A DNA stretch of 17,489 nt from Chthoniobacteraceae bacterium (GTDB lineage Bacteria > Verrucomicrobiota > Verrucomicrobiia > Chthoniobacterales > Chthoniobacteraceae): contig JANNXQ010000010.1 of assembly GCA_031409655.1 (NCBI GenBank), forward strand, positions 1 through 17,489, written 5' to 3'. The notes under the pieces are model-generated. The model was not told the origin of the DNA. It ran no database searches and saw only the letters and a list, made by a program, of their open reading frames with translations. The position numbers were made by a program, and so were the translations under genes. This document shows, piece by piece, positions 1-7,645 of the stretch (the first letter of the stretch is position 1; every line of letters begins with the position of its first letter).

Positions 1-1
1 T

Positions 2-643
2 GGCCTGTGGCATCACGTCGCCTGCACGTTCGAGAACGACGGCACGCCCACTTCGACGGACATCAAGCTCTACGTGGACGGCACGCTGGAGACGATCTCC
101 ACGAGCACGTCATTCGCCTTGAACACCACCGCGAGCGGCAATGTGAAGATCGGCGGCGACATCCAAGGCCGCTTCTGGAGCGGCACTATCGACGACGTGC
201 GCATTTACCAGCGTGCGCTCAGCGCCGCCGAGATCGCCACGCTGGCCACTACGCCCGAGACATCATCGCTCGCCTGGCACCGCCGCTATCTCGGCGCCGC
301 CGCCGTCAATTGGCTCGCGGATGACGACGGCGACGGCTTCTCCCGCCTGCTCGAATACGCCCTCGGCGGCCAGCCGCAATGGCGCGAGGACGCTCTCTAT
401 GACGGACCCTTCCCCGCCACGGACCACTTGCGCTGGAGCATTCCGCAGCGCAAAGCCGGAACGCACAATCTCAACTACATCGCCGAAGCTTCGCGCGACC
501 TGACGACTTGGAGCGTCCCCGTCACGCTCGTCGGCACCACGCCCCTCGATACTGAATTCGACGCCGCCACCTACGAGGCCGCGCCCGCCGCCAGCACGGA
601 AGGGCGCCTCTTCTTCCGTCTCCGCGTGGTGCTGCCGTTTTAG
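2..643 (+). CDS. C-terminal part of a large secreted/surface protein with a LamG-like (concanavalin A-like) domain and a Verrucomicrobia-type C-terminal domain; 5' truncated by the window edge
   Basis: The frame is open from base 2 (GLWHHVACTF...KLYVDG...GTIDDVRIYQRALSAAEI, LamG signature). It is followed by WHRRYLG...DDDGDGFSRLLEYALG...SRDLTTW...RLFFRLRV. TAG at 641-643. Confidence 0.85.
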   Translation, partial: GLWHHVACTFENDGTPTSTDIKLYVDGTLETISTSTSFALNTTASGNVKIGGDIQGRFWSGTIDDVRIYQRALSAAEIATLATTPETSSLAWHRRYLGAAAVNWLADDDGDGFSRLLEYALGGQPQWREDALYDGPFPATDHLRWSIPQRKAGTHNLNYIAEASRDLTTWSVPVTLVGTTPLDTEFDAATYEAAPAASTEGRLFFRLRVVLPF

Positions 644-722
644 TCAGCGGAAACAAGGGGCAGGCGACCCTTCTGACCTATTGCCTTTGTCCTTTCCATT
701 TGCATTCTCCGAACTCGCCCCC

Positions 723-2060
723 ATGACCCGACAGCTCTCGATCCTTCTCGCACTGCTGATCGCCCTTACGCTCCCAGCGTTGGCCGCTCCGCCCAAAGTC
801 GCGAAAGCCACTCCCGACAACAGCCAACTCGACGTCGATCCGAGCCTCTCCGAATTCCGCGTCGTCTTCGACCAGCCCATGCATCCCGGTGGCCGGTCGG
901 TGGTCAACTCGAGCCGCGGCCTGCTCCCCGAATTCATCGATAAACCCCGCTGGGAAGACGACCGCACCTTTGTCTGGAAAATGAAACTCCAGCCCAACAC
1001 CGACTACTGGCTGAGCATCAACAGCAGCCGCTTCACAAACTTCCGCAGCAAGTCGGGCGAATCGGCCGAGCCCTATCCCATCGCCTTTCGCACCCGTGGC
1101 GCGGTCGGCGCGGCCACACCCACCGCCACGCCGCCCGTGGCCGCAACGAACCGCGCGGCCATCGAACGTCTCAGGCAAGCCATCGACCGGGATTACTCCT
1201 ACCGCGACCTCCGCAAGGTGGATTGGGATGCCCGCTTCAAGGAGTTCACCCCGCAGTTGGAAGTCGCGCAGTCGCCGGCGGAGTTCGCCTCCATCGCGGC
1301 GCGGCTGCTTTCCGTCGCCCAGGATATTCACCTGACGATGAAAGTCGGCGAGCAGCGCATCGCCACGCACCGGCGGGATGTCTTCCCCTGCTTCAGCCTG
1401 CCGACCCTGGAGCGCACGGTTCCCCTGTGGAAGAAGTCGGGCGCCTTCACCTTCACCGGCCAGATCGCAGGCGGCATCCGCTACCTCTGCGTCGCATCCC
1501 TGCCGGCGGACGACGCGGGCTTTCTACGGGCCTGCTACGAGGCGATCGGCGAGGCCGCCGCGGCGCACCAGCCGCTAATCCTCGATCTGCGCCCGAACGG
1601 TGGCGGCGACGAGCCGGCCGCTCGAAAGATCGCCGGCTGCTTTGTGGAAAAGCCAACCGTCTATGCCAAGCACCGTATGCGCTCCGACGGTCAGTTCTCC
1701 GAGCCGCACGACCGCGTGCTCGTGCCGAACCCCGCCGGCCCGAGATTCCCCGGCAAAGTGGTCGTCCTCACCGGTCCGGGCACGGTCAGCAGTTGCGAAT
1801 CCTTCGTGCTCATGATGAAGCAGGTGCCCGGTTGCATCACCATCGGCGCCAGGACGGCTGGCAGTTCCGGCAACCCCCGCTCCATCGACCTCGGCAACGG
1901 CACGGCCGTCGCCGTCCCCCGCTGGCAGGCGCTGCGCCCGGATGGCACTTGCTTGGAAGGCGAAGGCCTCGCCCCGGACATTGAAGTCAAGGTTGGTCCC
2001 AAGGACTTTGAGCAACAGGATCCGATTCTGGCGGCGGCCATCAAGAAGCTGGGGGAATAA
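723..2060 (+). CDS. Secreted S41-family peptidase with an N-terminal Ig-like domain
   Basis: Signal peptide MTRQLSILLALLIALTLPALA; Ig-like segment (VVFDQPM...LQPNTDY...IAFRT); S41 motifs LILDLRPNGGG, TVSSCESF, IGARTAGSSG, EGEGLAPDIEV. ATG 723 is preferred over TTG 681 because it gives the signal peptide. Confidence 0.88.
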   Translation: MTRQLSILLALLIALTLPALAAPPKVAKATPDNSQLDVDPSLSEFRVVFDQPMHPGGRSVVNSSRGLLPEFIDKPRWEDDRTFVWKMKLQPNTDYWLSINSSRFTNFRSKSGESAEPYPIAFRTRGAVGAATPTATPPVAATNRAAIERLRQAIDRDYSYRDLRKVDWDARFKEFTPQLEVAQSPAEFASIAARLLSVAQDIHLTMKVGEQRIATHRRDVFPCFSLPTLERTVPLWKKSGAFTFTGQIAGGIRYLCVASLPADDAGFLRACYEAIGEAAAAHQPLILDLRPNGGGDEPAARKIAGCFVEKPTVYAKHRMRSDGQFSEPHDRVLVPNPAGPRFPGKVVVLTGPGTVSSCESFVLMMKQVPGCITIGARTAGSSGNPRSIDLGNGTAVAVPRWQALRPDGTCLEGEGLAPDIEVKVGPKDFEQQDPILAAAIKKLGE

Positions 2061-2351
2061 GCCCCCATCGCGCGACCCGGCGGGCAGCCACTACAGGTCT
2101 GTCCTTAGCATTGCGCCTGCGGTGGTCTTTGCGGGACCGCAGACTTCTGGACCAGATTCGATCACCCCCGTTGTTACCTGCCAGGCGGATCGCGGTCAGG
2201 TGCCGTGCCGTTACCTGGCGTTTTTCGGTGCGACGGCCAGCGGCGTCAGCAGACCGATGACGATGAAGAGCAACGGCATGATCGCGGATAAGGAGGCCAC
2301 GACAACAGACCTGTCCCGATTTGCACCAGTTGCGGATTCCCTTTTCACGCG

Positions 2352-2404
2352 GCAGGGGCGCCCTCGCCCGGAGGATCATGGGGCGGGGGCGCCCCTACTC
2401 CTTG
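2352..2404. repeat. GGAG/GTAG-type REP doublet (inverted pair), partly decayed
   Basis: gcaggggcgccctcgccc...ggggcgggggcgcccctactccttg; near copy of the 5910-5973 element. Confidence 0.75.
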
Positions 2405-2536
2405 ATTCCGCCGCCCGACCTTTATCACTCCCTGGACCCCGAGCGCATGAAGACAGGTTGGCCGAAGCCCGAAAGCAATAGACGAACCGTCCCGATTTGA
2501 GTGCGCAGGCTGAGTCCCGCCGTCGCGGGTGGCTCC

Positions 2537-3001
2537 TCAGATGAGCACCGCGAGCAGATGGCGGAGTTCGTCGTCCACGTCGGCCGCGCCGGACACCGTC
2601 TGCGCGATCTCGGCTTTCACCGTCTCGCGGAAGCGCTGGCGCAGGCGGTGAATGGCGACTTTCACCGCGCCCTCGCTCACGCCGAGCTGCTGCGCGGCGT
2701 CGGCTTGGGACAGCGCGGCGCTTTCACCGTTGAGCCACGGCTTGAGGGCGTCGAAGTGCGCACTCTTGCCGGCGTCGCGCAATTCGCCGCCGACGATTTC
2801 GAGCGCACAGGCGATCTGCGTCAGCGCCCATTGCCGATCGAAGATGCGGTCGTCGTCGCGCGTCGCGCTGTCGCTGCCCTGCGCTGTCGCTGCCTTGCGC
2901 TTGCGCGATGATGGTCCAGCGGGTCGCGGCGAAACTCCCATCGGGCGTGCCCTGCATCTGGGGGCGAGAGGGAGCAGATGATGCGGCGTGTCTGCATTCA
3001 T
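2537..3001 (-). pseudogene. Decayed ECF sigma-70 factor: internal deletion of region 2 plus frameshift; region 4 intact
   Basis: The C-terminal frame reads FDRQWA...SQADAAQQLGVSEGAVKVAIHRLRQRFRE...VDDELRHL (sigma4 of PVC-type ECFs). The family N-terminal motif SFAATRWTII lies in another frame (ATG 2957). The two are joined through a 16-bp tandem duplication at 2865-2896 and no sigma2 sequence lies between them. Confidence 0.75.
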
Positions 3002-3185
3002 GGTTGCGAAGGGCGGTTGGGTCCAGCGTGCCTGCTCCGCGGTGCATCCGTCCACAGCATGCGATGGTCGAGCGACGCGGGTCGTGCGCCAAGTGCCCGC
3101 GGAGCCCGGGCCCGCTTTTTGGGAAAGCGAGCGCGTGCCGCCGGACGCATTTTCAGTTTAGAAAAGTGTCGGTCTTTTTGTTCCC

Positions 3186-3671
3186 ATGAAACAGCCCGCC
3201 AACACCCCAGCCGCCAAGGAAAAGCCGCCGACTTCAACCGCGAATCACCCGGCGGATTACGCGATCTACAAACCAAACAGCCGCGGCACGGGAGGCGTGA
3301 TCCGCTTTGAGATCAATCGCGCGAAAGGCGCCGTGTTTGTGGATGCGGCCCTGCAGTCCGGCGACAAGCAGTTCGACTGGGAGCAGAAGATCACCATGAA
3401 GTGGGGCCTCGCGGACCTCGGTGCCGCGCTGGCCACGCTGCAAGGCCGCGAGCCGCAGGCGAAGCTTTTCCATCAGACCGAGAAAGCGAACAGCGCTTTC
3501 GAACTCACCCAGCGGGACGACGCGCAACGCGCTCCTTACATGATGAGCATGTCCCGGCAGGACGAAGCCGCGAAGACCGTGCGCAAATTGGCCATCCCCG
3601 TGAGTCACGCCGAAGCCGCGATCCTCGAAGCCGCCCTCCGCACGGCAGTGGTGCGGCTGCTGGGGTGGTGA
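3186..3671 (+). CDS. Whirly-like putative single-stranded nucleic acid binding protein
   Basis: 161 aa with normal codon usage. Motifs YAIYK, QFDWEQK, LFHQ, IPVSHAE and C-terminal LLGW occur in the same order as the plant Whirly motifs I recall (YSIYK, QYDWxxK, FFHD, IPITxAE, LIGW). Confidence 0.7.
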   Translation: MKQPANTPAAKEKPPTSTANHPADYAIYKPNSRGTGGVIRFEINRAKGAVFVDAALQSGDKQFDWEQKITMKWGLADLGAALATLQGREPQAKLFHQTEKANSAFELTQRDDAQRAPYMMSMSRQDEAAKTVRKLAIPVSHAEAAILEAALRTAVVRLLGW

Positions 3672-3736
3672 GCTGAGCGTTTCGGTCGGGCAGTTTGGGA
3701 GTTGGATGCCGGGCGCGGACGGTTCACTCTGGGCAG

Positions 3737-4252
3737 ATGAAGTCGTTCCTCCTCCTGCTCCTTGGTGCCGCGACGCTCCTCGCGCAGTCCGCCACGCCGC
3801 CCGCCCAGCCTCCCGGCGCGACGGGCAGCAATCCCAATCAACCGCTCTTCCGCTGCACTCTGCCGGGCGGGTCGTACGAAGTCGCCGCGCGCGCGATCGT
3901 CGCCGTCGCGAGTCACGAGTATCTCGTGGATGGCACCGTCCGCGTCACCGAGGTGAACATCGATACCACGGGTTCGTTGCTCGCCCGGTTTTATTTCATC
4001 GAGCCCGCGATCCCCACGACGCCGGGCGGAGTCGGCACGGCGGTGGCGGACAAGGCGCAACAGCTTTTTCAGGAAGCTGCGACTCGGACCGATGCTGAGG
4101 TCTGGAAGAAGGTCGTGAAAAATTATCCCACGACGACGCACGCGCGGACCGTGGAATACCGCGTCGCCGACAAGGCGCAGCTGACGAAGATTTACAGCGC
4201 TGCCGAGGAGGCTTTCCGGCTCGTGAAGACGGTGACTTTGAAAGTGGACTGA
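3737..4252 (+). CDS. Secreted hypothetical protein
   Basis: Signal peptide MKSFLLLLLGAATLLA, a Pro-rich linker, then a globular domain (SHEYLVDG...VTEVNIDT...VVKNYPTTTHARTVEYR). Typical codon usage. Confidence 0.8.
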   Translation: MKSFLLLLLGAATLLAQSATPPAQPPGATGSNPNQPLFRCTLPGGSYEVAARAIVAVASHEYLVDGTVRVTEVNIDTTGSLLARFYFIEPAIPTTPGGVGTAVADKAQQLFQEAATRTDAEVWKKVVKNYPTTTHARTVEYRVADKAQLTKIYSAAEEAFRLVKTVTLKVD

Positions 4253-4257
4253 CCTGC

Positions 4258-5142
4258 TCAGCGCCGCGCGAGCTGGCGGCGGCGACTGATGATCGTATTT
4301 GCCATGAGCATGGCGATCGTCATCGGGCCCACGCCACCGGGGACGGGGGTGATGGCGCGGCACTTCGGCGCGACCTCCGCAAAGGCAACATCGCCGACGA
4401 GCTTCGAGCCTTTCGGCGTCTCGGGGGCCGGGACGCGATTGATCCCCACATCGATCACCACCGCGCCCTCGCGGACCATCTCCGCGGTCACAAACTCCGG
4501 CCGCCCGATTGCTGCGATGAGGATGTCCGCGGAACGCGTGACTTCGGCGAGATTCCGGGTGCGCGAGTGGGCGACGGTCACGGTGGCATCGCCGCCGCGG
4601 CCTTTGTTCATCAAGAGCAGGGCGAGCGGCTTGCCGACGATCATCGAGCGGCCGAGCACGACGACACGCGCACCCGCCGTCTCGATCCCGCTCTCGATCA
4701 GCAGGCGCTGGCAGCCAAGCGGCGTGCAGGGGACAAAGGCATCCGCGTCGCCGAGCGCGAGTTTGGCGACATTCAGCGGGTGAAAGCCGTCCACGTCCTT
4801 CCGCGGATCGATGGTCTCGACGATTGCCCGCTCGTCGATCTGCGGCGGCGGTGGTGATTGCACGAGGATGCCGTGGATCGCCGGATTCGCGTTCAGCCGC
4901 TGGACGAGCGCCACGAGATCGGCCTGTGTGGTCTCCGCAGGCAGCTCGTGTTTTTCCGAATACATGCCCAGTTCCCGGCACGTCTTGTCCTTCGAGCGCA
5001 CGTAGGCTTGCGACGCTGGGTCGCTGCCGACGAGCACCACGGCGAGCCCCGGGGTGGCGCCCGCCGCCGTGAGTTCGGCAACGGCGATGCGGGACTCTTC
5101 GTTGATCCTGGCGGCGATGGCTTTTCCGTCGATGAGGTGCAT
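4258..5142 (-). CDS. folD: Bifunctional methylenetetrahydrofolate dehydrogenase/cyclohydrolase
   Basis: [70 protein letters not shown]. Confidence 0.97.
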   Translation of the reverse strand: MHLIDGKAIAARINEESRIAVAELTAAGATPGLAVVLVGSDPASQAYVRSKDKTCRELGMYSEKHELPAETTQADLVALVQRLNANPAIHGILVQSPPPPQIDERAIVETIDPRKDVDGFHPLNVAKLALGDADAFVPCTPLGCQRLLIESGIETAGARVVVLGRSMIVGKPLALLLMNKGRGGDATVTVAHSRTRNLAEVTRSADILIAAIGRPEFVTAEMVREGAVVIDVGINRVPAPETPKGSKLVGDVAFAEVAPKCRAITPVPGGVGPMTIAMLMANTIISRRRQLARR

Positions 5143-5153
5143 GGGGAAGGGGA

Positions 5154-5244
5154 AAGTTGAGGGTTGAGTGGCGCGCCGATTTGCAGACGGTGCGCGCGGT
5201 TGAATCTAAGAGACTCTCAACACTCAACGCTCAACACTCAACTT
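5154..5244. repeat. Inverted pair of heptamer tandem arrays (unit CACTCAA)
   Basis: Left arm gttgagg gttgagt (5156-5169). Right arm ctctcaa cactcaa cgctcaa cactcaa (5214-5241). Confidence 0.8.
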
Positions 5245-5910
5245 CTCTTCCGCCTCGCCAATCTGCGGACGGAGCAATCGCTCGAGCCGCACGCGCTCAC
5301 TTTCAAATTCCGCCTCGTCGGCGGTCGCCGGCACTTGGTGGAGGACATCGAAGGTCACATGCACGGTTGCAAAGGGCTTCGGGATCATGAAGCCGTCCCA
5401 GCTCTTCAATCGCCAGCAGCTCGAGTACGTCACGTGGACGGGGAGGACGCTGCCGCCGGTGATCTGCGCCAGCTTGATGACGCCGGGGCTCAGCGAGTAG
5501 CGCGGGCCGCGTGGCCCGTCCGGCGTGATGCCCATGATGTAGCCGTCGGCGATCGCCCGCTTCATCTCCACCAGCGCCCGTCCGCCGCCGCGCGACGACG
5601 AGCCGCGGATCGCCCGCACGCCGAACTTCTTCAAAAACGCCGCGAGCATTTCACCGTCCTTGCTCGCGCTCGTCAGGGCCGCACCGTGCCGGTCCGGGAA
5701 GTAGCGCTCGAAGACGTGCGGCATGATGAAGAGCCGATTGTGCCAGAAGGCCCAGAGCAGCGGCTTCTCCGGCGGCGTAGCCATCAGCCGGGCGTGATCG
5801 GTGAAACGCACCCGCAGCGTGAAGAGGAGCACGCGGACCAGCCCCGAGCCGAGGGTCGCGACGAGCCAGGCTTTGCGTTCGGGAGTCACGGTAAGGATCG
5901 GTGACGCCAC
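5224..5910 (-). CDS. Lysophospholipid acyltransferase family protein (DUF374-like)
   Basis: AFWHNRL, SASKDGE, IRGSSSRGG, ITPDGPRGP, SWDGFMIPKPF. The start is uncertain (GTG 5910, GTG 5889 or ATG 5982). Confidence 0.88.
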   Translation of the reverse strand: MASPILTVTPERKAWLVATLGSGLVRVLLFTLRVRFTDHARLMATPPEKPLLWAFWHNRLFIMPHVFERYFPDRHGAALTSASKDGEMLAAFLKKFGVRAIRGSSSRGGGRALVEMKRAIADGYIMGITPDGPRGPRYSLSPGVIKLAQITGGSVLPVHVTYSSCWRLKSWDGFMIPKPFATVHVTFDVLHQVPATADEAEFESERVRLERLLRPQIGEAEEKLSVER

Positions 5911-5973
5911 CAAGGAGCAGGGGCGCCCTCGCCCCGAGTTGCTTCTGGGGGCGAGGGCGCCCCCACTCCTTGG
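5910..5973. repeat. GGAG-type REP doublet (long hairpin)
   Basis: ccaaggagcaggggcgccctcgcccc / ggggcgagggcgcccccactccttgg are 26-bp inverted arms with 2 mismatches. Each arm is itself GGAG plus a ggggcg-ccct-cgcccc hairpin. Confidence 0.85.
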
Positions 5974-6028
5974 AAGCTCCATCTCGTTCGCTCCTCTTGT
6001 TTGGAACTTGGAGCTTGGAGCTTGGAAT
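5974..6028. repeat. Heptamer tandem array (unit TTGGAGC) with a one-unit inverted remnant
   Basis: ttggaac ttggagc ttggagc ttggaat (6001-6028); inverted aagctcca at 5974-5981. Confidence 0.75.
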
Positions 6029-6037
6029 TTTTCTTTC

Positions 6038-6589
6038 TCATTCTCCTTCCGCCCACCGAAACGCGCCCGGACAGGGCAGTCCGAGCAGATCGAGGATGCG
6101 CGCCACCACGGTGTCCGCCACTTCCTCCACGGTCTGCGGCCGCGAGTAAAAGCCCGGCGACGCCGGCAGCACGATGGCACCGGCTTCGGTGACCGTGACC
6201 ACATTCCGCGCGTGGATGAGATTCCACGGCGTCTCGCGCGGCACGAGGATGAGCTTGCGCCGCTCTTTGAGAAAAACATCAGCGGCTCGCAGGATCGTCG
6301 AATCGCTGGTGCCGGCGGCGATGCGGCCCAGCGTGCCCATGGAGCACGGGCACACCACCATGCCATCGAAGCGCGCCGAGCCGCTGACGAAGGGGACGTT
6401 CATCGACTTGTCGCCGTGCTGGCGGACGCCAGCGGGGACGGTGAGTTCGCCCAGTTCCTCGCGAATGACCTGCCCCGCATAAGCGCTCAGGACGAGATGC
6501 ACCTCGTGCGCCACCGGATCGATCTGCGCGAGGAGGCGCTGGAGATAGATCGCGCCGCTCGCGCCCGTGGCGGCGAGGACCAGCCTCAT
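6038..6589 (-). CDS. ubiX: Flavin prenyltransferase UbiX
   Basis: TGASGAIY, SGS, PCSMGTLGRIAAG, RAADVFLKERRKLILVPRETP, PASPGFY. Confidence 0.96.
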   Translation of the reverse strand: MRLVLAATGASGAIYLQRLLAQIDPVAHEVHLVLSAYAGQVIREELGELTVPAGVRQHGDKSMNVPFVSGSARFDGMVVCPCSMGTLGRIAAGTSDSTILRAADVFLKERRKLILVPRETPWNLIHARNVVTVTEAGAIVLPASPGFYSRPQTVEEVADTVVARILDLLGLPCPGAFRWAEGE

Positions 6590-7266
6590 TTCACGACGGG
6601 CTCGGGTGCGGACTCATCCTGCACCTTCTTGAGATACGCCTGCATCGAGGCGTCCCACTTTGCCCAGTCCGTGCCGAAGTCGCCATCGAGGAAGATCTGC
6701 AAATCCGTGAGCGCCTCTTCCTGCGAGGGGTGATTGGGAATCTTCGCGATAGCCAGCAAGACCGGCAGCTTCACGGTGTCGTCGCGATTCATGAGGTCGG
6801 TGAAGAGCACATCGATCACCTCTTGCGGAGAACCCGGGTTTTTGACGATCGCCGCCACGCGGGCGTATTCCTTGTCGGGCAGAAGATTGGAGATGTGCTG
6901 CGCCGCTTCGGCCTGGCCCTCGGGTTTCAGCGTGGGCAGTAAATTGATGAGCAACTGCGCAGTCGAAAGATTGCCGGCCTCGGAGTTGTCCGTATTCGCC
7001 CGGAGCGCCGCGTCGATCTTGCGGTCGTCTTCGGAGATCGTCGCCGGGGGTGGCGGCTCCGGCATCTTCGGCGGCACGGGGTTTTCGGTCGCGGTGCGTG
7101 TTGGGGGATTCGTAGGGACCGTCTGCGTGAGTGGTGTAGTCGGAGTCGGGGTGGCGGTCACGACGATGGGCGCAGTCACCGGAGCGTCCCCTTTCAAAAA
7201 CCACATCACCCCTCCCACCATGGCGGCGACAGCGAAGGCGAAAATTGCGACAGTGCGAGAATTCAT
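6586..7266 (-). CDS. Hypothetical membrane-anchored protein with a Pro/Thr-rich linker and helical C-terminal domain
   Basis: 226 aa, N-terminal hydrophobic helix, typical codon usage. The stop codon overlaps the ubiX start (ATGA). Confidence 0.82.
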   Translation of the reverse strand: MNSRTVAIFAFAVAAMVGGVMWFLKGDAPVTAPIVVTATPTPTTPLTQTVPTNPPTRTATENPVPPKMPEPPPPATISEDDRKIDAALRANTDNSEAGNLSTAQLLINLLPTLKPEGQAEAAQHISNLLPDKEYARVAAIVKNPGSPQEVIDVLFTDLMNRDDTVKLPVLLAIAKIPNHPSQEEALTDLQIFLDGDFGTDWAKWDASMQAYLKKVQDESAPEPVVK

Positions 7267-7342
7267 GAGTAAAAGTTTGGGTTGCGAGCTATCCGGATAA
7301 CGTGCCGGACGACGGATATTGCCGCAAGAGTGAGGTTGCCAG

Positions 7343-7615
7343 CTATTCGAGTGGCTTCCCGCAGTGAGGGCAGTTGGCCTGCACTCTGAACGACTTCAGC
7401 TGGACCTTTTGGTCGCAATGGCCACACGGGCGTCCCTGCCGCCTAGTCATCCAGACGATCTCCTCAGCAACATAGGCTATGGCCAACGTTGCTGCGATGC
7501 CCATCCCGATGAACCAAAGTGGAGAGAGTTCAGGTGATCCTTTCATCAAGCGCAACGCGAGGATTGCCAGTGGGAAGATGAGCAGATGTTTCCACAGCCT
7601 ATATTGGATCCACAT
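7343..7615 (-). CDS. Small membrane protein with a C-terminal zinc-ribbon (CxxC...CxxC)
   Basis: 90 aa, two hydrophobic segments, CGHC-x15-CPHC. It fills the gap between xylB and the next gene and has visibly lower GC. Confidence 0.7.
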   Translation of the reverse strand: MWIQYRLWKHLLIFPLAILALRLMKGSPELSPLWFIGMGIAATLAIAYVAEEIVWMTRRQGRPCGHCDQKVQLKSFRVQANCPHCGKPLE

Positions 7616-7645
7616 ATTCTTTCGAGATGCCGAGCAACGGCACGC

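Noticed and set aside
652..700. Possible terminator or sixth degenerate heptamer element (acaaggggcagg...cctattg cctttgt cctttcc)
   Set aside because: The stem is imperfect, there is no clear U-tract, and the periodicity is too degenerate to support a call.
1942..2481. 179-aa plus-strand ORF
   Set aside because: It overlaps the peptidase 3' end, crosses a REP element and has no recognisable motifs.
3605..5227. 540-aa minus-strand ORF and other long overlapping ORFs (7586-9235, 12154-13536, 13778-14836, 14307-15449)
   Set aside because: They are shadow or antisense frames of well-supported genes in GC-rich DNA, with Arg/Ala-rich composition and no motifs.
5911..6366. 380-aa version of the acyltransferase ORF (5224-6366)
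   Set aside because: The extension overlaps ubiX in another frame and runs through repeats; recognisable family sequence starts near 5910.
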